Shown: in pieces, positions 54,449 through 62,368 of the stretch | Layout: each line of letters opens with the position of its first letter | Position numbering within the stretch: the first letter of the stretch is position 1 | Source: an uncultured Verrucomicrobiota bacterium | GTDB taxonomy: Bacteria > Verrucomicrobiota > Verrucomicrobiia > Limisphaerales > SXQI01 | NCBI GenBank assembly: GCA_964478815.1 | Contig: CAYZKY010000003.1 | Location: 23,442-87,441 of the forward strand | Length of the DNA stretch: 64,000 nucleotides | Direction of reading: 5' to 3' | Made by a program: the position numbers and the translations under genes | The notes under the pieces: model-generated | Told to the model about the DNA's origin: nothing | Databases searched by the model: none | The model's input: only the letters and a program-made list of their open reading frames with translations

Positions 54449-55945
54449 TCAGTACTGCTTGCGGAGATGCGAGGGAAGAATATCGAGTTCGGCCCGATAT
54501 TTCGCGACCGTCCGCCGCGCGATCTGAATGCCGCGCTCGGTCAGGCGCCGCACGATCTCCTCGTCCGAGAGCGGCTTGGAAGAATCTTCGTTTGCCACCA
54601 TCTCGTTGATCATTTCCTTCACGCTGGTGTTGGACATCCCGTCCCCGTTCGAGGTCTTCAATCCCGACGTGAAGAAATACTTCATCTCGAACACGCCGCG
54701 AGGCGTTTGCATGTATTTGCCCGAAACCGCCCGGGACACCGTCGTTTCATGCACGCCCACCACCTCGGCCACCTGCACCATCGTCATCGGTTTGAGATGG
54801 GAGACGCCTTTTTCCAAAAATTCCTTCTGCCGGTTCACGATCTCCCGCGCGATATTCAGAATGGTCTCCTGCCGCTGGTGGAGGCTCTTGATCAGGAACT
54901 TGCCCGCGCGAATCTTTTCCCGGATCCACTCCCGCACTTCCCCGGAACTTTCCGCCTGGGACATCAAATCCTTGTAAGCATTGCTGATTCGCAGATGCGG
55001 CACCTGATCGTTATTGGTGGAGACGATGTAATCGCCCACCTCGGTCCGGCTCACAAAAATCTCCGGCACCACGTACATCTGGTTGTCGGGCAGGAACGAC
55101 CGGCCGGGCTCCGGTTCGAGCAGGGCGATGCGCCCCACCGCATCCTGCACCTGGTCGACGCCCAAACCCAGCGCGCGGGAAATTTCCGGCAGACGCCGTT
55201 TCCCCAAGGCATCCATGTGCTCGCAAAGCATCCGGTACTCGATCGTCTCTTTCTTGCCGAGCCGCTCCAACTGAATCTTGAGGCATTCGCACAGGTCCCG
55301 CGCCGCCACCCCGGGTGGATGGAAACTTTGCACCACTCTCAGCACCCGCTCGATCGAGTCCTTCGGGATGTTTGTGGAAAAGGCCAGTTCATCGACCGTC
55401 GCGCGCAGATACCCCCGGTCGTCGATATTGCCGATGAGCATCTCGGCGATTTGCTGCTCCTCCTCGCTTAGCTCCGACAGGCGGACCTGCTCCAGCAACG
55501 TTTCCTGCAGGGAAGTCCCAGCCACGATCGAATCGAACATATACTGCCGCTTCTCGTCGTCCTCGGCACTCTGGCGGAGCGGGGTGTTCGTCTGCGAAAA
55601 GTGCTCGCGCCACTCCTGATCCAACTGGCTGAGCCGCTCGAACTCGGCTTGAAAATCCTCGACCGGCTCCACTTTCTCGGCGGTTGAGATGTTCTGCATA
55701 TCCTGGGGAGGTTCCGCCGGATCGGCCTGGTCCGGAACGTCGGTTTCGCCGCGGATGGTCTTCTCCTCCTGGTCCATTTCGGCCAGGGCAATTTCTTCCA
55801 GGACGGGGTTCTGCTCGAGCTCCTGCTCGACCAAAGCTTTCAATTCCAGCGTGGGAGCCTGAAGCAAGGCGAGAGACTGCTGAAGCTGAGGCGCCAGCAC
55901 CTGCGAGAGCGCCATCTTCTGCGAGAGTTGCATCGACTGACCCAT
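54449..55945 (-). CDS. rpoN: RNA polymerase sigma-54 factor
   Basis: 498-aa ORF. The N-terminal Gln/Leu-rich region I reads [46 protein letters not shown]. The C-terminal RpoN-box region contains ARRTVAKYR. Confidence 0.95.
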   Translation of the reverse strand: MGQSMQLSQKMALSQVLAPQLQQSLALLQAPTLELKALVEQELEQNPVLEEIALAEMDQEEKTIRGETDVPDQADPAEPPQDMQNISTAEKVEPVEDFQAEFERLSQLDQEWREHFSQTNTPLRQSAEDDEKRQYMFDSIVAGTSLQETLLEQVRLSELSEEEQQIAEMLIGNIDDRGYLRATVDELAFSTNIPKDSIERVLRVVQSFHPPGVAARDLCECLKIQLERLGKKETIEYRMLCEHMDALGKRRLPEISRALGLGVDQVQDAVGRIALLEPEPGRSFLPDNQMYVVPEIFVSRTEVGDYIVSTNNDQVPHLRISNAYKDLMSQAESSGEVREWIREKIRAGKFLIKSLHQRQETILNIAREIVNRQKEFLEKGVSHLKPMTMVQVAEVVGVHETTVSRAVSGKYMQTPRGVFEMKYFFTSGLKTSNGDGMSNTSVKEMINEMVANEDSSKPLSDEEIVRRLTERGIQIARRTVAKYRAELDILPSHLRKQY

Positions 55946-55989
55946 GTATCGAAGATATATCTGGAGGTTGGTGAATTACAAGGAAAAAC

Positions 55990-56005
55990 TGGCACGGTGT
56001 GTGCT
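55990..56005 (+). promoter_or_regulatory. Sigma-54-type -24/-12 promoter-like motif
   Basis: TGGCACGGTGTGTGCT compared with the consensus TGGCACG-N4-TTGCW. GG and GC are at the canonical spacing. It lies in the rpoN upstream spacer but points away from rpoN, and no downstream plus-strand gene is obvious. Confidence 0.25.
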
Positions 56006-56274
56006 CAAACACGACAAAATGGCCTCGAAACGCTTATCGCTTTGCGTCAGCGTTTCCGTTTCCCGCCCGATTTCCTCGCCGATGGCGTGCCTTCGGCGTG
56101 CGGCGACCCACCCGGCGCGCGGTGTCTGGCCGCAGCCGTGGGTTGAATCCAATTCAGTGATGGAAATGGGATGCATGGCACAACTCCGGAGCAGATCCAC
56201 CCGGAGCACTGGGAAAAAAGACTGGACGACAGGACAATCCGGACAATCCGTTTGGCCCTATCGATATTCGCCGC

Positions 56275-56673
56275 TTAGTTCTTGCTGAACAACGACCCGA
56301 AAAAGCCCCGTTTCGTCCCCTGCCGCTGCTGCACCTTCATCTGCCCGAGCAGCGATTGGAGGGCGATGTAAATTTTGTGCCACTGCGTCTCCAATCCTCG
56401 AATCGAGGCCTCGTTCGTCTCGCTCATGTAGCGGATCGACGGCGTGGAGCTGATCAGCGTAAGGATGTCGTCTTTGGACGGATTGGTCGTTTCGATGACC
56501 GACAGGATCAATTCCAGTTCCTGCGTCATCACGCTCTTGATTTCGAGAAATTGGACTTCGTCCTGCGGCTCGAACTTCTTCGTCCGGGCCATCCCCAGGT
56601 AGTGGTTGAACTGCTTCCAGCACTCCACGTAATTCTCCATCTGGAGAATCAAATCATCCATTCGGCGGCTCAT
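56275..56673 (-). CDS. Hypothetical helical protein (132 aa), last gene of the RR-PATAN operon
   Basis: The ORF has balanced composition and noticeably lower GC than its neighbours. I recognise no motif. It starts 16 nt after the stop of the preceding gene. Confidence 0.6.
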   Translation of the reverse strand: MSRRMDDLILQMENYVECWKQFNHYLGMARTKKFEPQDEVQFLEIKSVMTQELELILSVIETTNPSKDDILTLISSTPSIRYMSETNEASIRGLETQWHKIYIALQSLLGQMKVQQRQGTKRGFFGSLFSKN

Positions 56674-56689
56674 TCGTCGATCCGATCCA

Positions 56690-56980
56690 TCAAGCGGTTT
56701 GGCGCGGCAGGAAAAACAATATCGCGCCCCCCCGCATTTCGCGCGCGCGCAGCGTCAGGGCGTCGAACTCGACCACCAACTCGCGTGCCGGAAACTGGGC
56801 GGCTTCGCCCGAGCGAAAAGCCTGCAATACCGTCTGGGCGATCTCTCCGAGGGCCTCCGCCGGGAAGGTGCTGGGCACCGTCTGGCTGAGCACCCGGCCG
56901 TTTCGGTCCACCGTGCAACTGCCCGTGGGCAATTCTCCGGCGGCCGACCCGGGCCGTTGAAATAACTTCAAGAGTCCCAT
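56690..56980 (-). CDS. Hypothetical small protein (96 aa), possibly Roadblock/LC7-like
   Basis: The ORF overlaps the stop of the RR-PATAN gene by 13 nt. The alternating strand/helix-looking pattern (TVDRNGRVLSQTV...LGEIAQTVLQAF...LVVEFDALTLRAREMRGGAILFFL) resembles Roadblock folds. This is judged by eye only. Confidence 0.5.
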   Translation of the reverse strand: MGLLKLFQRPGSAAGELPTGSCTVDRNGRVLSQTVPSTFPAEALGEIAQTVLQAFRSGEAAQFPARELVVEFDALTLRAREMRGGAILFFLPRQTA

Positions 56981-58062
56981 CGTTCCGTCAACGTAGCCAT
57001 GCCCCGGTCAATCTCCGCCGAACTGAGCGAACCGTTGAATCCTCCCACGATTCGCCGCTGGCCCAACGCGATGATCCGGACGTGGCGCTGCGCGTCCGAC
57101 AAGGTTATCGACCGGATGGCGCCAAACTGAAGCTTTTCCGCGAGCCCCGCGAACGCCTGCACCATCTGATTGGTGCAATCGGCGGCGAGCTGCGGCTCCG
57201 GCAAGCTCCAATGCCGGACCACTTCCTTTGATTCCAGGTCCGTCGACAACGCGAAATCCAGCCCGCGAATGCGGCCGAGCCCGTCCCCTCCTTCCACCTC
57301 GTCGTTCTCTGGCAACGGCACCATCCCGCCCGGCCCCGCGGCCGCTTCGTCCACCGCCTGCGCACTGTCCAGCAGGAGCCCCTGGGCCGAAACCTGGATT
57401 TTCCTGGGATGAGCCGGTTCCCCCGGCAAGATCTGAAAACCGCCCGCTCGCCAGCCCATGATGGTGCGAAAGGCCTCCTCCCCCGCTTGCTCTCCGGTGG
57501 CCGCGTCTACCAATTCTCCCTGATGAATCCAGATTTTTCCCTCAAGTTTGCCGTTGGTAATCCGAAGTACTGAGGAACTGCCGGATAGGCACTCGAGTTG
57601 GATAATATCGACCAGATTTTTGCTCTGCACGCCGCGGAACCCGCCAGCCGGTTCGCGCGTGAGCAGCGATTGAACGCATTCCAGAAAGTAATCCAGTTCC
57701 TTTTCGTTCGAAGGCTTCTCGAAAAAGAAGTCCACGCCGATGGCGTACGCCCGGTTTCGAACATGTTCGTCCGCATGACCCGTAAAGGCCATCGTGCGCA
57801 ATTCTGGAAAGCGGCGGCGCACCACCGCCAGCACCTGCAACCCATCCATGCGCGACATCCGGAGGTCCGAGATGAATAAGGTGAATCCGCCGGTTTCGAG
57901 CAGGGCCAGCGCGTCCGGGCCGGCCGAAGCCGTCTCCACCTCGGGATGGCCCGCCAAGTCGAGCAAAAGCTGCTGGTACATATCCCGCGTCTCAGGATCG
58001 TCATCGAGCAGGAGAATCCTGGGCGGCCGAGGCGGCGTTGGGCTTGAAGTTGGGGGCGTCAT
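56968..58062 (-). CDS. Response regulator with receiver, PATAN/DUF4388 and a C-terminal Roadblock-like region
   Basis: The true start is judged to be MTPPTSSPTPPRPPRILLLDDD at 58062. The track ORF runs to 58680, but that part is Arg/Gly-rich and overlaps the divergent gene. The receiver has LLLDDD, FISDLRMSRMDG and FFEKP. The PATAN/DUF4388 signature reads GFRGVQSKNLVDIIQLECLSGSSSVLRITNGKLEGKIWIHQGELVDA...AFRTIMGWRAGGFQI. Confidence 0.85.
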   Translation of the reverse strand: MTPPTSSPTPPRPPRILLLDDDPETRDMYQQLLLDLAGHPEVETASAGPDALALLETGGFTLFISDLRMSRMDGLQVLAVVRRRFPELRTMAFTGHADEHVRNRAYAIGVDFFFEKPSNEKELDYFLECVQSLLTREPAGGFRGVQSKNLVDIIQLECLSGSSSVLRITNGKLEGKIWIHQGELVDAATGEQAGEEAFRTIMGWRAGGFQILPGEPAHPRKIQVSAQGLLLDSAQAVDEAAAGPGGMVPLPENDEVEGGDGLGRIRGLDFALSTDLESKEVVRHWSLPEPQLAADCTNQMVQAFAGLAEKLQFGAIRSITLSDAQRHVRIIALGQRRIVGGFNGSLSSAEIDRGMATLTERWDS

Positions 58063-58137
58063 CCCGGTTACGGGCCCGTGCTGGTCACGCCATCTCTTAG
58101 CACACCGGAGCGGCGAAGCAAGGTTTTCTGTCTGATC

Positions 58138-60177
58138 ATGCTGGCATTTCTTAAAAACATCTTCGCGCGACGATCGGCTCCGCCGGCCCGTCCGGCCCTT
58201 TCCCATGGCACGCCATCCCCAGCGGCCCACCGAGGCGGGTCCCGTCCGGCCCCTGGCGGCGCCCCGGCGGCTCCCACGCTGCTCGCTCCGTCCCGCGCCC
58301 CGGCACCGATCGAAGAACCGCGCGACGAAACCCCGCCCCCACGCTTTTCCACCGCGCCCGTCCCCGTGCCGACGGTGGACCCCGCTGCGGTCGTGGCCGT
58401 GCCTTGGAGCGCCATCTTCCCTCGCCTGCATCCCGCCCTCATCAAAATGGCGAAGCACCAGCCCAAATCGGGCGAAGTGGTGAATCTCCCGCTCCAGGCA
58501 GTGCTGCTCCAGCTCGCTTCCGGCGCCATTCGGTTCCGCTTCGAGGAATTCGTGGCCATGACGCCGAATGGCTGCTTCGCCGGCGCGGACCCCGGTCCAG
58601 TCCCCCTCGTCGAACTGCCTCTCGTCGAGATCCTGCGCCATGTCGACAATTCCTATCTCGCCCGGCGCCCGGAACAGCATCGAATCGTCGTGCCGGATGA
58701 CATCGGCACCGTCTTCGGCAAAAAGGACGGAAATTTAAAGGTCATCACGGACAAAAAAGCCTTCGCTCCGGCGACGGCCTCGGCCTTGCCGGTTCGTGAA
58801 GTCGAGGAGTCGTTGGCCGCCCACTCGTCGCCGCCCCCCCTCGCGCCTCCCAAGCCGCCCGTTCAAGCTGCACCAGCCGCACCGGCCCCTGCTGCCGTCC
58901 CGCGCCCAACCGCACCTTCGCTGGCTCCGCCCAAACCCGCCGTCCCGCCCGCGCCGACTTCCGCTGCGGCCACCGCGCCGCTGCCGGCTTCGCCCTCGCT
59001 GCCCAAGCCATCGGCACCGGCGCTCAAAACCGACTCGACTCCGACACCGCCGTCAATACCGGCGATCAAGCCGCCGGCCGGGCTAACCGCTCCTAAAGCC
59101 GCGCCGCTCCCGGCTTCATCCTCGCTGCCCAAGCCATCGCCACTGCCCCGGCCGGCGACACCTGCCGCACCTGCCGCCACCAGCGGGGCTGCGATTCCCC
59201 AGCTCCGCCTGGCGACAGAGCCCGCAGCCGACGCGGCACCGAACGCGCCAGTCCAACCCATTTCCCCAATCGCCCCGGCCCCAGCGCCTTCCGTGCCTAA
59301 AATGGCCGCCCCGGAACCTGCTAAGCCCGCGCGCCCCGAGCCGGCCGCTCTCGGTGCCAGTCAACCGGCCGCCGCAGGCGGCGAATTCATCATCCCCCTG
59401 GCAGATCTCGCTCCTCAATGGACGGCATCCGGTCAACCAGACCTCGCCGCCCTCCACCCGCACAGTCTGGCCATTCCCCTCGAACAACTCATGGCCGGCC
59501 TCAAACGCGGCAAGCTGGTGTTCCCCTGGAGCCAGCTCCGGACCTGGTTGCGTCAAGCTCCCGACGCCGCGCTGCCGGAACTCGACGACGCCCTCCCGGT
59601 CACCCTTCCCCTCGCCGTGGTCGCGCCGCTCTTCCTGGCCCGAAATCGGGCCGCCTTCGCTCCGAAAAAAGCCGCGCTCGTTTCGGATATTCCCGACATC
59701 TTCGATGCCAAGCCCAAGCCTGCCCTGCCCGCGCCGGAACCCGCGGCGCCCGTCGCCGATGGAGCGCCCGTGGCTTCGAAGCCTCTCCTCGAGTACGGCG
59801 AAATTTTCGGGCAGCCGGACAAGACCACCTGGTCGCTGCGCGAAGTCGCCGAACGTTGCGCCACCCTCCGCGGCGTCGCCGGCATGATCGTCGCCAACCA
59901 CGAAGGCCTCCTCGTCGCCGGCGCCTGGCCCACCGCCGGCCAGAGCGATGCCGTCGCCGCCTTCATCCCCCGCATGCACCAGCGGATGGTCGAATTCAGC
60001 CGGGAACTCACCCTCGGCGATTCCGATCGCATGACTCTCACCGTGGAAAACCTACCCCTCGAAATCACCCGAACAGGAGAATTCTACATGGCCGTCCTCG
60101 GTCGAGCGAAAGAGAACCTTCCCCGAGTGCAGTTGGGCGCCATCGCCGCCCGTCTCGCGCTGCATCATCAGGCTTAG
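58138..60177 (+). CDS. Pro/Ala-rich protein (679 aa) with a C-terminal Roadblock/LC7 domain
   Basis: The start is placed at MLAFLKNIFARR (58138). About 250 aa of P/A/S low complexity are present. The C-terminal segment LREVAERCATLRGVAGMIVANHEGLLVAGAWPTAGQSDAVAAFIPRMHQRMVEFSRELTLGDSDRMTLTVENLPLEITRTGEFYMAVL matches the Roadblock/LC7 pattern. Confidence 0.8.
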   Translation: MLAFLKNIFARRSAPPARPALSHGTPSPAAHRGGSRPAPGGAPAAPTLLAPSRAPAPIEEPRDETPPPRFSTAPVPVPTVDPAAVVAVPWSAIFPRLHPALIKMAKHQPKSGEVVNLPLQAVLLQLASGAIRFRFEEFVAMTPNGCFAGADPGPVPLVELPLVEILRHVDNSYLARRPEQHRIVVPDDIGTVFGKKDGNLKVITDKKAFAPATASALPVREVEESLAAHSSPPPLAPPKPPVQAAPAAPAPAAVPRPTAPSLAPPKPAVPPAPTSAAATAPLPASPSLPKPSAPALKTDSTPTPPSIPAIKPPAGLTAPKAAPLPASSSLPKPSPLPRPATPAAPAATSGAAIPQLRLATEPAADAAPNAPVQPISPIAPAPAPSVPKMAAPEPAKPARPEPAALGASQPAAAGGEFIIPLADLAPQWTASGQPDLAALHPHSLAIPLEQLMAGLKRGKLVFPWSQLRTWLRQAPDAALPELDDALPVTLPLAVVAPLFLARNRAAFAPKKAALVSDIPDIFDAKPKPALPAPEPAAPVADGAPVASKPLLEYGEIFGQPDKTTWSLREVAERCATLRGVAGMIVANHEGLLVAGAWPTAGQSDAVAAFIPRMHQRMVEFSRELTLGDSDRMTLTVENLPLEITRTGEFYMAVLGRAKENLPRVQLGAIAARLALHHQA

Positions 60178-60181
60178 TACT

Positions 60182-60793
60182 ATGGCACTCATCAATCAGG
60201 CTACCAAAGAGATTCAGGTCAAGATCGTCTACTACGGCCCCGCGCTGTGTGGTAAAACCACCAATCTCATCAAGGTCCACGAGAACATTCAGAGCGCCGC
60301 CGAGAAGTCCAAGCTCGTCTCCCTGCAAAACCAGACCTCCGACCGCACCCTCTTCTTCGATTTCCTCCCCATCGAAGCCACCTCCATCAAGGGCTACCGC
60401 ACCAAATTCCAGCTCTACACCGTGCCCGGCCAGGTCATCTACAACACCACCCGCCAGCTCGTCCTCCGCGGCGTCGACGGCCTCGTCTTCGTCGCCGATT
60501 CGCAATACGAGAAAATGGCCGAGAACGTCGACAGCTTCGCGAACCTCGAGGAAAACCTCAAAGCGCTCAAAATGAACCTGCGCGACATCCCGTACGTCCT
60601 CCAGTACAACAAGCGCGACCTCCCCAACGCCGCGCCCAACGACTACATGGAGTTTCTCCTGAACAACCGCGAGACCATGGTCCCCTCCTTCGAAGCCAGC
60701 GCCCATCAGTGCGACGGCGTCTTCGAAACCCTCAACATGATCACCCGCATGCTCCTCCACCGGCTGCTCAACGAAAATCGCAAAGCCGCCTGA
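60182..60793 (+). CDS. mglA: MglA-family Ras-like small GTPase
   Basis: 203-aa ORF with KIVYYGPALCGKTTNL (P-loop), TLFFDFLP (switch I), the MglA-specific YTVPGQ (Thr in place of Asp of DxxGQ), and YNKRD (NKxD). Confidence 0.9.
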   Translation: MALINQATKEIQVKIVYYGPALCGKTTNLIKVHENIQSAAEKSKLVSLQNQTSDRTLFFDFLPIEATSIKGYRTKFQLYTVPGQVIYNTTRQLVLRGVDGLVFVADSQYEKMAENVDSFANLEENLKALKMNLRDIPYVLQYNKRDLPNAAPNDYMEFLLNNRETMVPSFEASAHQCDGVFETLNMITRMLLHRLLNENRKAA

Positions 60794-60801
60794 TCCCGCC
60801 C

Positions 60802-61284
60802 ATGGGCGAACTCCCCCAACTGATCGAGGAAGATATGACCGCGCTCGACGCGCTCATGGCCGAATTCCTCGCCAAGACGGAAGCCCACGCCGTCCTCCTC
60901 ACCGCCCAGGGCGGCTTCATCATCAGCACCCACGGCGGCACCGAAGGGCTCGACACCATGTCCCTCGCCGCCCTCGCCTCCAATTGCTTCGAGGCCAATC
61001 GCGCCATCGCCGGCCTCATCGGCGAGCAAAACTTCCAGACCATCTACCAGGCCGGGGAAAGCTCCAGCATGTTCGTTCAGAACATCGACGGCTTCAACCT
61101 CATGATCATCCTCTTCCCCGCCCAGGTCGCCGTCGGCCTCGTCAAGCACTACAGCCGCTCCGCCGGCGGCGCCATCGCCCAGGTCTTCGAGCAGGCCCAC
61201 CGCCGCACCCCCGGCGTCATCCTCGACCTCGCCATGCTCAACCTCCCCGACAGCAGCGAACTCTTCCGCCGCAAAGCCAGTTAG
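60802..61284 (+). CDS. Roadblock/LC7 domain protein (MglB-like candidate GAP partner)
   Basis: 160 aa starting at ATG 60802, 8 nt after the mglA stop. The segment LDALMAEFLAKTEAHAVLLTAQGGFIISTHGG...LAALASNCFEANRAIAGLIG...MFVQNIDGFNLMIILF fits the Roadblock pattern. Confidence 0.8.
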   Translation: MGELPQLIEEDMTALDALMAEFLAKTEAHAVLLTAQGGFIISTHGGTEGLDTMSLAALASNCFEANRAIAGLIGEQNFQTIYQAGESSSMFVQNIDGFNLMIILFPAQVAVGLVKHYSRSAGGAIAQVFEQAHRRTPGVILDLAMLNLPDSSELFRRKAS

Positions 61285-61331
61285 TCAGGAAAGCTCCTGC
61301 CCCCCGCCCCTCACGCCCTCGCCCGGGGAGC

Positions 61332-61349
61332 GCACCTGCCCTCAGGTGC
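61332..61349 (+). terminator. Hairpin downstream of the Roadblock gene (possible terminator, no U-tract)
   Basis: GCACCTG-ccct-CAGGTGC, a 7-bp perfect stem 48 nt after the stop at 61284. No T-run follows, so this call is weak. Confidence 0.3.
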
Positions 61350-61440
61350 TGCAAGCCACGCCCCGCGTCTCGCCCTCCTTGCCCTTACTTCGTCCAACCT
61401 CCACGGCCCCCATTTACCCACGCCCCACATTTCACCCCCT

Positions 61441-61630
61441 CCCGAATCCCAACGGGATTCCAGCATTTAGCCTGGGGTTGCCGGCCTACGGCTTTCCATG
61501 ATCAGTCTTGTAAACCGTTGATAATCAACGCCAATTGTTGTCTGATCATGGGCGGTAAGCAGGTCGAAAAGGAACAGGGAACTACCCCAGGTCACCGCCA
61601 CCCAATCCACCAACCCTGAAAGCGGTTGCA
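61441..61630. repeat. Structured intergenic repeat, copy A, interrupted by a ~96-nt insertion
   Basis: Bases 61441-61489 are identical to 62013-62061 (49/49 by eye). Bases 61585-61630 match 62063-62108 with about 3 mismatches. The two halves are separated by 61490-61585. Confidence 0.75.
61490..61585. mobile_element. Possible miniature (MITE-like) insertion inside repeat copy A
   Basis: The segment is present in copy A but absent from copy B. It is flanked by CTAC on both sides (61486-61489 and 61582-61585). It contains a perfect 10-bp inverted repeat CCATGATCAG (61496-61505) / CTGATCATGG (61542-61551), and in the loop a 13-bp palindrome GTTGATAATCAAC (61517-61529). Confidence 0.3.
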
Positions 61631-62012
61631 TCAATTCTCCCCAGGCAGCCCAAGCCCGGAAAGGGGTGCCCCAACCTTTGTCACCCGCCGCCGGGCATTT
61701 GCCCACCGTGATTGCCTATCCCTCCGTCGCCATCGTGCTTTGCCCAACCCCGCTCACACTGGCGATTCTCGCCCCCTCCAATCCTCAAGACCCCGAAGCG
61801 GGTCGAAAGCCAATAGCCCCGGGTCGCCGCCGGAAACAGCACCGCGCCGCGCGGCTACCCGGGGTAAGGCCAACACAGCAATTCCCCTCTCCTCCTCGTT
61901 CGAGGAGAGGGCCGGGGTGAGGAGTCGCCTCTTCAAATTCCGCCCACTTCCCTCCACGCAGCAGATCGAAAAAACTCGCCCCCCTCGAACACCCCTCCGC
62001 GCCCTCTGCCCC

Positions 62013-62108
62013 CCCGAATCCCAACGGGATTCCAGCATTTAGCCTGGGGTTGCCGGCCTACCCCCCAGGTCACCACCACCAAATCCACCAACCCTGAAAG
62101 CGGCTGCA
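62013..62108. repeat. Structured intergenic repeat, copy B (uninterrupted)
   Basis: Hairpin 1 is GAATCCC-aac-GGGATTC. Hairpin 2 is CCTGGGG...CCCCAGG. This is a direct repeat of copy A, about 570 nt downstream. Confidence 0.75.
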
Positions 62109-62368
62109 CAAGCAACGGCACCGGAAATTCGAAACTTCCCAAGTGCTGCTAGCGAGCACCACCCAGATCTGATCCGCTTCCTGAAGTCCCTGCCCCTCTG
62201 GGCTTGCCTTTCAAACCCACAACTGGACCCGTGGCAAAAGCTCATGCATGCCACCATCCAGCAAGTCCGCCATCGGTATCGATTCCACTTCTTACGACGA
62301 TTTGACCGCTTCGCCTTGCTGGTTGACCTTAAGATTAAAGGACAAAGGAACGCCTCAGGCTTAACTTC

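Noticed and set aside
58063-58680. N-terminal 206-codon extension of the response-regulator ORF (track start 58680).
   Set aside because: The extension is Arg/Gly-rich, has no receiver-domain features and overlaps the divergent Pro-rich Roadblock gene. The receiver domain begins right after the internal Met at 58062.
61517-61529. The palindrome GTTGATAATCAAC contains TGATAATCA, the central 9-mer of the Fur-box consensus, which prompted a possible Fur site call.
   Set aside because: The flanks do not fit the 19-bp Fur consensus (6-1-6 against the 7-1-7 or hexamer-repeat layout). The site sits inside a MITE-like insertion far from any iron gene. It is kept only as part of the insertion description.
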